Shown: piece by piece, positions 24,325-34,848 of the stretch
How positions within the stretch are numbered: position 1 is the first letter of the stretch
Layout: each line of letters begins with the position of its first letter
Assembly: GCA_907165135.1 (NCBI GenBank)
Contig: OU015566.1
Span: forward strand, 6,944,001 to 7,008,000
Direction: 5' to 3'
DNA length: 64,000 nt
Source: Oikopleura dioica
Taxonomy: Eukaryota; Animalia; Chordata
Notes under the pieces: model-generated
What the model was told of the DNA's origin: nothing
The model's database searches: none
What the model saw: only the letters and a program-made list of their open reading frames with translations
Position numbers and translations under genes: made by a program

Positions 24325-27300
24325 TCAATCATTTCTATCGAGAAACCGAACGAATTCTTCTACGGTTTGGATTTGCAGATTGTTCGCTGATGCCATTTGA
24401 AGTGCTTTCTTCACTTCCGGCGTTGTCTGAAACAATGATTAAGGACAACGTTATTATACTTTGGATGAGAACCTGTGAGTTAGCAGAATCAATTAGTAGC
24501 ACCACATGTTTTCGTTGCCGTTGTAATCGTATTCCTTGATTCACAAGGTGATGTAGCAGCCATCCAGTGAAGTCAAATCGACGAAGTCGTTGAAGATTCT
24601 TTTGCTCGTGTTGTTGGATGCTCTTCAAGTTTCCTTCGCATCGACTGAAGGCGATGTCTAACCATCTTGTTACCTCACGCGCTTCCTTGAAAAAAATTGA
24701 AATCAAAAGTGCTGAAAACATGGAAGACTCACCTTCGAGTCTTTCTTCATCATGTCGAGACCATCAATAATTATGTTCGTGATAATCATGTGGACATCAT
24801 CGTTTCGGTTTATCTTTTTGATACTATCAATGCCACCGCATAAAGCTGCTGGAGTTGGAATAACATAAGTCCCTGGCATCTTCTGATCTAAACCAGCTCT
24901 CTCGCCATAGAACGTTCCCTTGATGTTGAACTCGTCATCAACCTCTTTCACCTCTTTTCCAGCGAACTGGCCATCCTCGCCTAAAGTCACCCCCGTTTTC
25001 GGGTACTTTTCTACGCAGCTCTTGAGCAATTTCTTTATCGAACAAAATCTGAGTAGATTTTCTTCCCAGTGAGACAGCTTCGGATTCGTTTTAAAATCGA
25101 CGTGTTCGTGGCAATCAGACATTATTGGAATCCCGTTGAGAAATCTATCTTCCCAAAGTGAAAATGGTTGAATCCAGGTCTCATCGCCAGTGGCTATTTT
25201 TAGGGCAGTCTCACTCACATTCTTCTTCTCCTCAAGAAGCAGTTCAAGGTCGAAGGAGTTGAAAAGCTTGACAAGCCTCGACCAAAGAGGAGAACCTTCA
25301 CATTCTTCAATAATGTCGCCATTCCCAAGAAGCCAGTCGCAAATTATCTTGAGCGATGAAAGACCGTGAAACTTATTGAAAAGCTCAACGATGAGGGCGT
25401 AGTCGAGAGTTTCAACTTCCGCTTCTTCGTCCTGATCCTCGATGTTTTCCTCTGTCTCACTCAGGTCTTCTTTCTCTTCCGCTACTTCATGAGTCTCATT
25501 TTCCACCCCATCATCAAACTCAAAGATCATTTCGTCGTCATTTGCGTCATCCTCGGAGTTACTATCTTCCGAATCACTCTTTCGTTCATCGTTCCCACTA
25601 GTGTCGCCACCTCCATTGATTTTAATCCCGAAGCTGCAAGCCAATTTTCTTGGCGCATCAGCCCGAGAAATGCTTGCAGAAGATTGTGCCTCCGCCGATT
25701 CCGACTCTTCTTCCTCCATGATTGTTTCTGGCCCATCTTTTGGTCCATTTGTGTTGTTATTCGTATTCCTAGAGCTACTAGCAAACAGTGGCGCAGTTTG
25801 GGTTGGTCTTGGCTCGTCGTCAGAGTCCATTTCTTGCGAAAAAGTCGAGTCGTCCGCGGAATCAGTTGAATAACAAATCTCGTCTTCTTCCTCTTCAGAG
25901 ACTTCTGATAGGTCTGATTCACCTTCGGATAGATCCGCTTCTAGTCCTCCACGGCGAAATCTCGACATAGCCGATTTTGGTGGCGATACTCTTTTAGAAA
26001 CCGGCTTTTTTGGCCGGTTTACCACAGGTTCTGGAGGAGGCTCTTCTTCTAGAGCGGCGTCATTGTCAGAGTCGCCAAAGTCAGGTCCATCCGGGAAATC
26101 AGGAGTAGCACATGCGGAAGAGCGCGATGCAGTGACAGGCTCAAGACGAACGCACTCAAGAATTTGCTGAATCGCGTGATTGACGACGTGATCAGCTGCA
26201 GCGACGAACAGAGCATTCGCAGCTAGAAATACGAGTAAGTAGACTTCTCAAAAAGAATCTTTCACCTTTGAGTCGATTCGATTTTTGTTTCCTCAGGTCG
26301 TCAAAATTTTGAATCAGCGTCGCAAAAACAACCACCAAAAAGTTCGATTGCAAGCTATCAGGGCCTTCGATATTTACTGCTGCTCTTTTGATAAAGCCTG
26401 GTTTGTTGTCTGCGTTCGGGTCAAGATCAGCTTCTCCGTCAGAATCGGCAGGATCGAAGTACATACAGAGATCGAGAAGGTCGAGCATTCGACGGCAGCC
26501 TGTATTGAGCTCGCGCTCGGTACAGTAAGTAGCGGGATGGAACATTCCGTTGAGATGAAGGAAGACGATGCAAAACCAGTAAACAGCTTGTTTTCGCTCA
26601 CTCGTTGACGCATCTGGGTTGTTGGTCACGTGAACAATGGAGTATTTAGCTTACCTAGTGATAGATTGTCCATTTGATTTCTCGGGTACATTTGGTAGCT
26701 CTTTTTAGCGCGGTCGGTCATTCGCTTCAGATTTTGGAAGGAATCAGAATACGGGTTCTCGGATTGAAGGCAGCGGCGATAGAAAAATAGAGAAAAGACA
26801 CCGTGATATTTGTTGGACATGAGGGTTCCCACTTGATTCCAGGGCATTCCCAGATTTGGGAACAGATGCAGGGCTTGCATGTAATATCTGAAGTTACGTT
26901 TATTGAAATTTGGCCGCTGATGTTATTAATAGTACCTGTAAGGCAATTTTGAACTATAAATCCCAGGAAGCAGGTCACAAGCGTAACGGCAAATATCACC
27001 AAGATACATAAGACACTAGAATAATCGATTCAATTATGAATTAGGAAAAAACCGGGTCTGCTCACCTTATAACATAAATTAAGCAGAATTGTATTCACTT
27101 TGTTTTTGTCAGCAGTTTGGTCCTCATTTTCGTCGACTTTCTTGTCGTCGTCATCGTAGTTGTCGGCACTCCACCAATCGAAATAAATGTTCTCCGCTCC
27201 TCCATTTTCATTCAGCTTGTCCAGCACTAGAACACTCATTAAAACATATTTGAAGTCTCCCAACTTACATTGAAACATGAAACTCTTGTACCATCCGTAC

Positions 27301-27762
27301 GAACAGTCCAAAAACATTCGCACTGAAAACGATGATAAATATTATACTCCCAAAGATGACCCTACTATTGAGTTGAGTCGCTTCTGACTTGGAGCCTTTG
27401 TAGTCTCTCTTGAGCCTTTGAACGACTCCATGAACGGTGTACTTCCAGGCCGTCTCTTCCAATTTCATGGGGCCGTATTCTTCCGGAGATGCAAGTATAC
27501 ATCTTCGCACTACGATTTGTTAGGCACAGGATATCGAAAGGAATCTTACTGTTGTCGCGAAGCTTTTGGCGCATCTGCTTTTGCGAAACGGTGAAAATGT
27601 CGGTCTTGTCATTTCCGGCCTTGATCCGGCGAGCAGCGTCGAGGGCGACCTTGTATGCTCGGCGGATTTGGCTACTCGCATCTAAAGAGACCTTTGGATA
27701 TTACAGTGACATAAGGTCGTACCTTGGGAAGAAGATTTAGCTTCTGGTGCAATCAGAGACAT
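24325..27762 (-). CDS. SMG5: NMD factor SMG5 (EST1/14-3-3-like domain plus C-terminal PIN)
   Basis: RQKLRD..CILASPEEYG..EETAWK, ALHLFPNLGMPWNQVG, YRRCLQSENPY, KIICDWL, LWEDRFLNG, VIPTPAAL..IIDGLDMMKK..AREVTRWL. Confidence 0.85.
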
Positions 27763-28045
27763 GGACTACTGTTACAATCGAAGAAACATTTCGATTTCAC
27801 GACAAAGAAAGTTCATTTAGGGTTCTCGAAAAACCCCAAAAGCCGTGATTTCACTCCATCTTCAAAATAAAGAGTTGAGTTATTTTTAATTAATAATAAA
27901 GCTCTTCAGCGATCTGAGTACAGAAATAGTATTGCACCTGTATGCATATGGTAAGGAGGATAAAAGGAAGATTGATAAGTTTTCATAGATTAACTTTGTT
28001 ATGTTACATAAACATAAATTAGCATAGAATAGGTAAAGGAAACTG

Positions 28046-30433
28046 TTATAAAAATGCGTCGACTTCGAACAACTGGACTTTAGCAACGTCCCAGCCGATT
28101 TGCGAAAAACTGCGGTAAATCACTGACCAAGTGTAAGGCACGAAGAATTTTTCAGGAGACTCGTCTTCCTCGTAATGGAACTTTAGCGGCGGGAATTGTC
28201 TGAAAAACGTTTTTGAAGCTTCAAATAATCGAAAAAAGCATACTTTAATTTTGATCTGGGCAATTGTCGGACGACTTGGCTGATAATCGCCTGGATCTCG
28301 GATGTATTCAATACAGGAGTTTCTTCTTGCCCAAGCTTCAAATGCCCGGAAAAGAAGCCAATGACAAGCTCGATGTTGTCAACTAGCTCTGCAAATCCAG
28401 GAATGGACCTGAGCTTGTTGATCGAAGCTCGTTGATGAAGGAGATGATAGACAAGCTCTAAGTTCTGCTCGAGAGATTGACTCAAACATGCGTTTATGAT
28501 GTCCAGCAACGTCTTCAAAATTGCCACGTGATTTGCCTCTGAAAAGTTGAATGAAAAAGACGAGCAGAAAATTGAGCTTAGAGCTTACCATCGTTGGAAA
28601 TATCGAGGCGCTTGGAAATGATGGTAATAAGGTTGAGAAATCGCTGGCTCACGCGTCTATGGATACCCTTCAGTCGTATCCCGACGTTGGAAAGAGCGGC
28701 CAGGCAGTTTGTGTGAAGATACTGGTCCTTCACTCGCGACAAATTGAATTGAATGACTCTCATTAGCACCAACTAGTAATTTTACATTGAAAGTCGTGAA
28801 CTAAACAAAGAAAGTTACCTGAACAAGGCTTGATAAATTGATGATTTCGATGATATTTGCCGTTGCTTGATCTTCATTGTAAAAATCCAAGTCAGCCTTT
28901 TTCAACACAACTTCATTAATTTGCGCGCAAAACGTATCATCTTCAGTGAGAATCAGAAGCACAACCAATGTCATGTAAAGATGATGCGAAGAGTTCTTTT
29001 CAGGGCGAGAAAGAATCTTCAAAATGGGAAGGATGAGTCGGTCGATATCGGTTTTGCTCAGCACGTAGTTTTTGAACGACTCGTTTTCGTGGATCAAAAT
29101 GTACAGAAGCAACACTCCTGGCTCCGTACTGATCGATTCTGATTATTAAAATGAATAAGAAAAAAAAAGAAAAAGGGGACTTACCAATCATCGCTTCATA
29201 AATTTTTCCAAAGGGGAGTTGAACTCGATCTTCTTCTAATATTCCGTTCGGGACTGAAGTGAGGATCGATTGTTTCAAGGAATTTTTTTCCTGGTATTTT
29301 TCTGGCAGTGGAGTCATTGTGAAAGATAGTAGAAGCGTTTCGGATAATTTTGATATGCTACAAATTTTCATCAGATACCTTAAAGGGCGTACCTAGGACT
29401 GTACCTGTGTTTTCTCTGATTTGGAACTTCTGGGGAACTCGAACCAAGCATCGACAAGATTCCAAAAACGAACCCGCTTGAAGAGTTGATCGCTTCCGTC
29501 CTTGGATCTTCACTGAACAGAGAATTTCAATGAATCAAGAATCAAAAATCAAGCTTACGCACCATTCGTACCTTTTCGCTTCCATAAAAGCAATCAGCGC
29601 TCTTGGCAAATTTTTCGAATTTTCGGCCGATATTTTGTCGAAGATTTTCGAAACTTCGGATTGGTAGTTTTCGCTTGATTGAAACATCGTCACAGATTGA
29701 AAGATCAGGAGCAGTTGAAGAGCTTCTTCGGTGAAAAAATAAACGGCAGAAAAGAGTTCTTCCGTGAGCGAAGCTAAATCGCAAAGAACGTCTACCAGAC
29801 ATTTGAGGAGATTCTCCACCGTCGTTTCTTCGTTTTCATTCAAAATCGCGAGGAAAGTCTTTTCGTCGAAATTCTCAACGAGATGAAGGACTAGTCGTCT
29901 GATGACATACAAAGAGTTTGTACAATGCCAGGGGAAGATGTTGTCACCATACTCGACCGCTGTCAGTATTTCTTGATGCCGAACTGTAAATTGATCGATC
30001 AGAGATTTCAAGTTGCCATTTGAGCGGGAATTCGCCAGGAAGTTTCGACAAATATTCCGGACGACTAGAATTGATGATAAAAAAGGAGAACGAAGAGGAA
30101 AATTTTATACCTTTGTCGGAAGCTGGAGAGGGTTTTTCATATTGAGGGGATTTGAATGACAGGAACTGGTTCCAGAGAGGGTCGGCAGATGTTACTTTCT
30201 CATTTAAAAGTCTTTCAAGAGGAATTTTCAACAAGAAAACTTACAGGCTTTTATTAGAAAAAAACGGTCAAAATCACAAAAAGTCACTTTCCCCGAATTA
30301 AAATTCCAACTAAAATGATTGAATGATAAATTAATTATCTAGTCACAGTCAGGTAGCAATCCCATTGCCTAATTAACAGCGGATGTTTCTCTAATTCGTC
30401 CCATTCGACTGTCCTGGACGGACCCGAGCCCAT
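28046..30433 (-). CDS. DYM: Dymeclin
   Basis: MGSGPSR, DPLWNQFLSF, LLLYILIHEN, HHLYMTLVVLLILTED, DQYLHTNCLAALSN, KFPLREDESPEKFFVPYTW. Confidence 0.93.
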
Positions 30434-30808
30434 CTACAAAACAGAATTTCAGGCTAATCTCTTTCTTCATCGTAAAATACAGTCGTATCACTCAAGGGCT
30501 TATCAGTTCTCACGTTTGGGTACAGAAGAAAATCTTTGAGTTTTTGAGTTCTTTGTTGAAATTGATTGGGCAAAGAGCAGCGGCCAATCGCCACCGCCGC
30601 GCTGCGCCTGAAATTCTCGCCGCTCAGAAGAATCAAAAAGAATCGCAATTGTGGTGTTCAGCTCTAGAATTTTTACTCAGAGAAGGGAGTTGAAGAAGAA
30701 AGGAACGAACGAAGGATAGAGAAATGAGTGCAAATGATCCGGAAAATGATATGCACGGGCTCTCGACAAGAAAAACTAGCGAAGTTGAGTCTGAAAAACG
30801 TTATTTTT

Positions 30809-30983
30809 TGACCGTCGGTACGCTGATGGGTTAAAATTTTGTGTTACAAAAGTGCGTAAAAGCGGTTATTCGACACTTAATTATTACTTATCTACAGAAA
30901 AACTTGAAGAGATGGCAAGAATTTAGTCTGGTGGATAATAATTGAATTTTCTGACCGTCGGTGCTCTGATGGGTTAAAATTTT
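30809..30983. repeat. Two 32-bp direct repeats in the divergent intergenic region
   Basis: tgaccgtcggt(acgct/gctct)gatgggttaaaatttt at 30809-30840 and 30952-30983. Confidence 0.75.
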
Positions 30984-31241
30984 CTTAATTGAATATGTGT
31001 ACGAAGTTTCATTAAAAGTTTTTACTGGCATTGATTTTCGAAAGACTCTGTAGAAATAGTTTTATAGCGACATAAATCTTGAGTTTTCCTCAATAAAATC
31101 GACCTTTTTCTTGAATCTCCGGTCATCTAAAATGTTTGTTGGATCTTTCGAGAAACAAGATAAACACCTTTTTACGTCAGCTGGTCAAAATTGACCCAAA
31201 GTTTGAGCTAGGCAAATTTCAAATAATTTCATTTTGAAAAA

Positions 31242-31720
31242 ATGTCCGAAGCGGAACAAACCTCAAGTGAAATCGAGGAAATTGAAATTCCAGAGCCCGA
31301 TGAAAGTAGACGTCCTCCCCCATTGAATTTCAGCGAAAGCGATGAATCGAGCTTGTTTAACAAAACGGAAGATACGACGCATGTTAGTGATCAGAGCACG
31401 TTTGAAATCGATAAAGGTGAGGATTCTAGTACTGAAGATGTGAAGTTTACCGATTATATAATTCAGAGAATAAAGTTGGTTCTGGACCGTCAAGAGCAGC
31501 AAGATTAGCGGAGATTGCCGAAGAAGCTGATTATCATATCGAGGTAAATCCGTTAAATTTGGAGATCATACAGGACTTAAATTAGCAGAAAACTAAGGGT
31601 GTCACTTTGTGAAGTTCCCGAGAGTCTTGATAGTAATTCATCTCATCAATCATTGAAATTTTTCTTCAGAAAACTGCTTGGAAATACCGCTCAATCAAAG
31701 AAATCCTCAACGATCCCTAA
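31242..31720 (+). CDS. Small acidic protein of unknown function (putative, spliced)
   Basis: ATG ORF MSEAEQTSSEIEEIEIPEP...; plausible GT-AG joins to EIAEEADYHIE and KTAWKYRSIKEILNDP*. No homology recognised. Confidence 0.4.
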
Positions 31721-32003
31721 AACAGAGACGACCATCGTTTTTCTTCTTCATAATCACCTCACAAGACCTATATCACCTTTTTTGTTCTTTTATCTTCACT
31801 GCCTTTATCTGTCACTATTCAACTTTCACTACATCGATAACCAGTTTCGTTTTCGTTTCTTAGACTTTCTGAATTTATATTTCAAGTTTTGACCAAATAC
31901 TAGACTAACACCACTTTTTGAATTATTTTTCTTTTTGAAAATTTTTGAGATTTCAACATCTGTTTGTTTTGACAATTTTTTGGGAAGGTTGTGTTTAGAA
32001 TCA

Positions 32004-34610
32004 ATGTCTCGGACGTTTGGCAGACGTCTTGGGACGCTGGTGGACAGTCACGGTCGACCGCATGATTATTTGAGAATTTCCCTCACGGAAAAATGCAACT
32101 TGCGATGCAGGTACTAACCGGAAGTTCAGGGTCAAAATTGGAGTTGTTTTACAAGTCGAACAAGTGAAAGAAGCTGGTGTAACCGCTCATTTTGCTTGGC
32201 TCTAGAATTATTGAAAAAATGCTCAAATTTTAAGGATATCCCCTGAATTTTCGGACTAAGGGGGCCACTTTCAGATTGAAGAATTCTAGAGCCAATCAAA
32301 ATGACCTGTTGTATGAGTTCGTGGTCTCTTATCTATTCATTTTCCTTAGTCAACTCACCAACATATCGTTTGGTAGACCCTTAATTTTCTTTGTTTAGGT
32401 ACTGCATGCCAATTGAGGGCGTGAAGCTCACCCCCTCGGATCAGCTGTTATCTGCTCAAGAGCTCTACCGTTTCAGGTCTCTTTCCTTTGTCCTCCCTTT
32501 TGTCTAACCCTGTTTTCAGCTCCTTGCTTGTGAAAAACGCCGGCGTCTCCAAAATACGTCTCACTGGTGGGTAAGCCACTTGCAAACGCTTGAAAAGCTA
32601 ATTTTACATTTTGCAAAGAGAGCCACTCGTCAGAAAAGAAATTCAAGAGATTATTTCTGACTTGAATTCGCTCAGAGAAGATGGAGTCAAGCAAATAGGA
32701 ATAACTACGAATGGCGTTTCTCTTTCAAGAAGAAAGGCTAAACGACTGAAGGAAGCGGGACTCGACACGGCGAATATCAGCTTGGATACGTTGGAGCCGA
32801 TGAAAGCGGAGTTTATCACGAGGAGGCCGAAGGAGATGCATTTTTCGGTCATGAAAGCGATTGAGAATTCGATTGATGCTGGAATAACGACAAAGGTAAA
32901 CGTAGATTTTGTTTTTTTTTTGTTTTATTTTTTTCATTCTTTCAGTAATACTGTTGCCTTCGGCGCACAGTTTGCACAGTCAAACTACAGTCATTTTTTC
33001 TTTATCATTCTTCCATTTTCTTCGTACCATTCAGTCCATTTCGTTCTTGCCATCGTAGAATATCAGATACAGGAATTTGGTCCCAAGTCCATTTTTCAAA
33101 GGGTTGCACCCAACTTTTCTCGGAAGAGGTATAAAATCTCACCGTGGTACAGGGTACCCAATTTACGTAAAAAACGTATTCAGTTCCTCGGCATGTTTCT
33201 GCCCGAACAAGTACATTTGCGTGTTTATTCTGATACCAATAGATGCCTCTAGCATCGTAATATTCCTTGATATCGTCAAGTATATGAATTGGATGCGGAG
33301 GTTTTTTAAAGATATCAATATCATCCTCTCTATCATTCTCAAGAAGCTTTTCGATTATATAATCGTCATGATTATGAATCGCTTCGCATTCTTCCTCAAA
33401 GCCCTCGTCTGAGCCTTTAGTAATCTCTTTTTCTTTTTGAAAAAATAACATTTTTTTGGTTGTGGTGGTTGGTTTGATAGTTTTTATTTTTGGCACTGGT
33501 GTGTGAGATTTCCATTTTCGCGCGCCTTTATATACCCGGTGAAAAGGGAAAACTTTCCCTTTTTCATCAGGATGGATCGGTGAGTCATCATGACTCATCG
33601 CGCGCTGTGGCGCCACCACTTTTGTTTTCCCTTTTGAATTCGTCATATTGATGACACATCGATGAGAACTGATGAATCAATATGAGTCAAGATGAACAAT
33701 AATGATTCATCATGAATTTGAATCATCGTAAGTCATTATAATGAGTAGTTATTACTCATTTTTTGATTTTGGTTGCCCTTCCTGGGTCTTAACTTATCCA
33801 ATTAAGATCAAACTTCTGGTGTTTACTTTTGACAGTCAGTAATGATTAGTAATCATCGATTAATTCAGATCAACTGCGTACTCCAGCGTGGGCTGAACGA
33901 CGACGAAATCATCGACTTCGTAAAGTTGTCAAAGGACCTCCCAATCACCGTCCGATTCATCGAATTCATGCCTTTCAATGGAAATGAATGGGCAAAAGGC
34001 AAACGCTTCATTTCGCTACGTGAAATCCTTCGAATTGTAACAGCCGAGTTCGGCGAAATAGAGCATCAACGAGGCGAGAGATCAGATGTCGCGAAAAACT
34101 ACCGTGTTCCGGGCTTTGCTGGCAACTTTGGGATTATTGGCTCGATGAGTCAACCTTTTTGCTCTGGCTGCAATCGAATTCGGCTCACTGCTGATGGGAT
34201 GATTAAAAATTGCCTCTTTTCGAACGAAACAGACGACTTAGATTTGAGAAAGTACCTCCGGGATTCAAGCATTAGGTGAGTCACAATCAGCCCTTGAGTT
34301 TATCTCTCTAACCCGAGCTCAATTACGATGCTTTATCGCATAATTGAGGCTTGATTACCGTCCCTCATTTTTTAGCGTTCGTGACCGTAATTTTCACGAT
34401 TACGAGGGAATAATTTTTTGTCTAGCGTATCAGTCTATCTTTTATTTTATTGCGAAGTTGATTTATTGTAACATCTATTTCCGCAGCGATGACGAATTAC
34501 TCACCATCGTACAAGATCATCTTCAACACAAGAAGGCTTCTCACGGCGGAATGGAGTTTCTAGAGAAAACACGTGACCAAAACCGTGCCATGACGTCTAT
34601 CGGAGGATAG
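32004..34610 (+). CDS. MOCS1: GTP 3',8-cyclase MOCS1A (MoaA, radical SAM); MoaA part only
   Basis: [19 protein letters not shown] (CxxxCxxC), [49 protein letters not shown], terminal MTSIGG*. Confidence 0.96.
32187..32304. mobile_element. Small inverted-repeat element (MITE-like) in MOCS1 intron 1
   Basis: 23-bp inverted repeat tcattttg(c/a)ttggctctagaatt with one mismatch. Confidence 0.55.
33005..33646 (-). CDS. Intronless antisense gene nested in a MOCS1 intron (213 aa; chromo-like C-terminus, tentative)
   Basis: Uninterrupted ATG-to-stop ORF wholly inside the 32896-33868 intron; C-terminal [39 protein letters not shown]. Confidence 0.65.
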   Translation of the reverse strand: MTNSKGKTKVVAPQRAMSHDDSPIHPDEKGKVFPFHRVYKGARKWKSHTPVPKIKTIKPTTTTKKMLFFQKEKEITKGSDEGFEEECEAIHNHDDYIIEKLLENDREDDIDIFKKPPHPIHILDDIKEYYDARGIYWYQNKHANVLVRAETCRGTEYVFYVNWVPCTTVRFYTSSEKSWVQPFEKWTWDQIPVSDILRWQERNGLNGTKKMEE

Positions 34611-34848
34611 AGAGATGCTTCTTTATAAGCATACGCTTCACTGTTTTTCTAATCAATGACTACCGAGTGCCTTCGTAAATTCCCGCTTCAAGACCTCACA
34701 ATTTTTTCTTCCTCAATCTTTTCAAATCTTTCAATCTCAAAATCTTCTCTGATTCTGTATAATTTGACGACTGTGCGATCAAAGTTCAATTTAATTTTAT
34801 TCTTTGTAATTATTTCTTTCAATTCGCTTGTCATAAAAAGGGGTTAAG

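Larger units (their letters stand above)
2665..30433 (-). other. Probable polycistronic (SL trans-spliced) gene clusters on the minus strand
   Basis: Stop-to-start gaps of 42 (EEF1AKMT2-CIAO2B), 66 (THOC5-RRAGA), 87 (SMG5-EIF3F) and 126 bp (ATG101-SUCLG2); AG acceptors just before ATGs (ccatag|aATG, ttttaag|aaATG, cttgtag|aATG, ttttgtag|ATG). Confidence 0.7.

Noticed and set aside
25366-25970. Several plus-strand ORFs of 60-167 aa
   Set aside because: Antisense shadows of the SMG5 long exon; no independent signals. The same applies to similar ORFs opposite PSMD4, SUCLG2 and CAP.
32611-33252. 213-aa plus-strand ORF as a full protein
   Set aside because: It is a MOCS1A exon reading through into the intron; homology stops at the donor at 32895.
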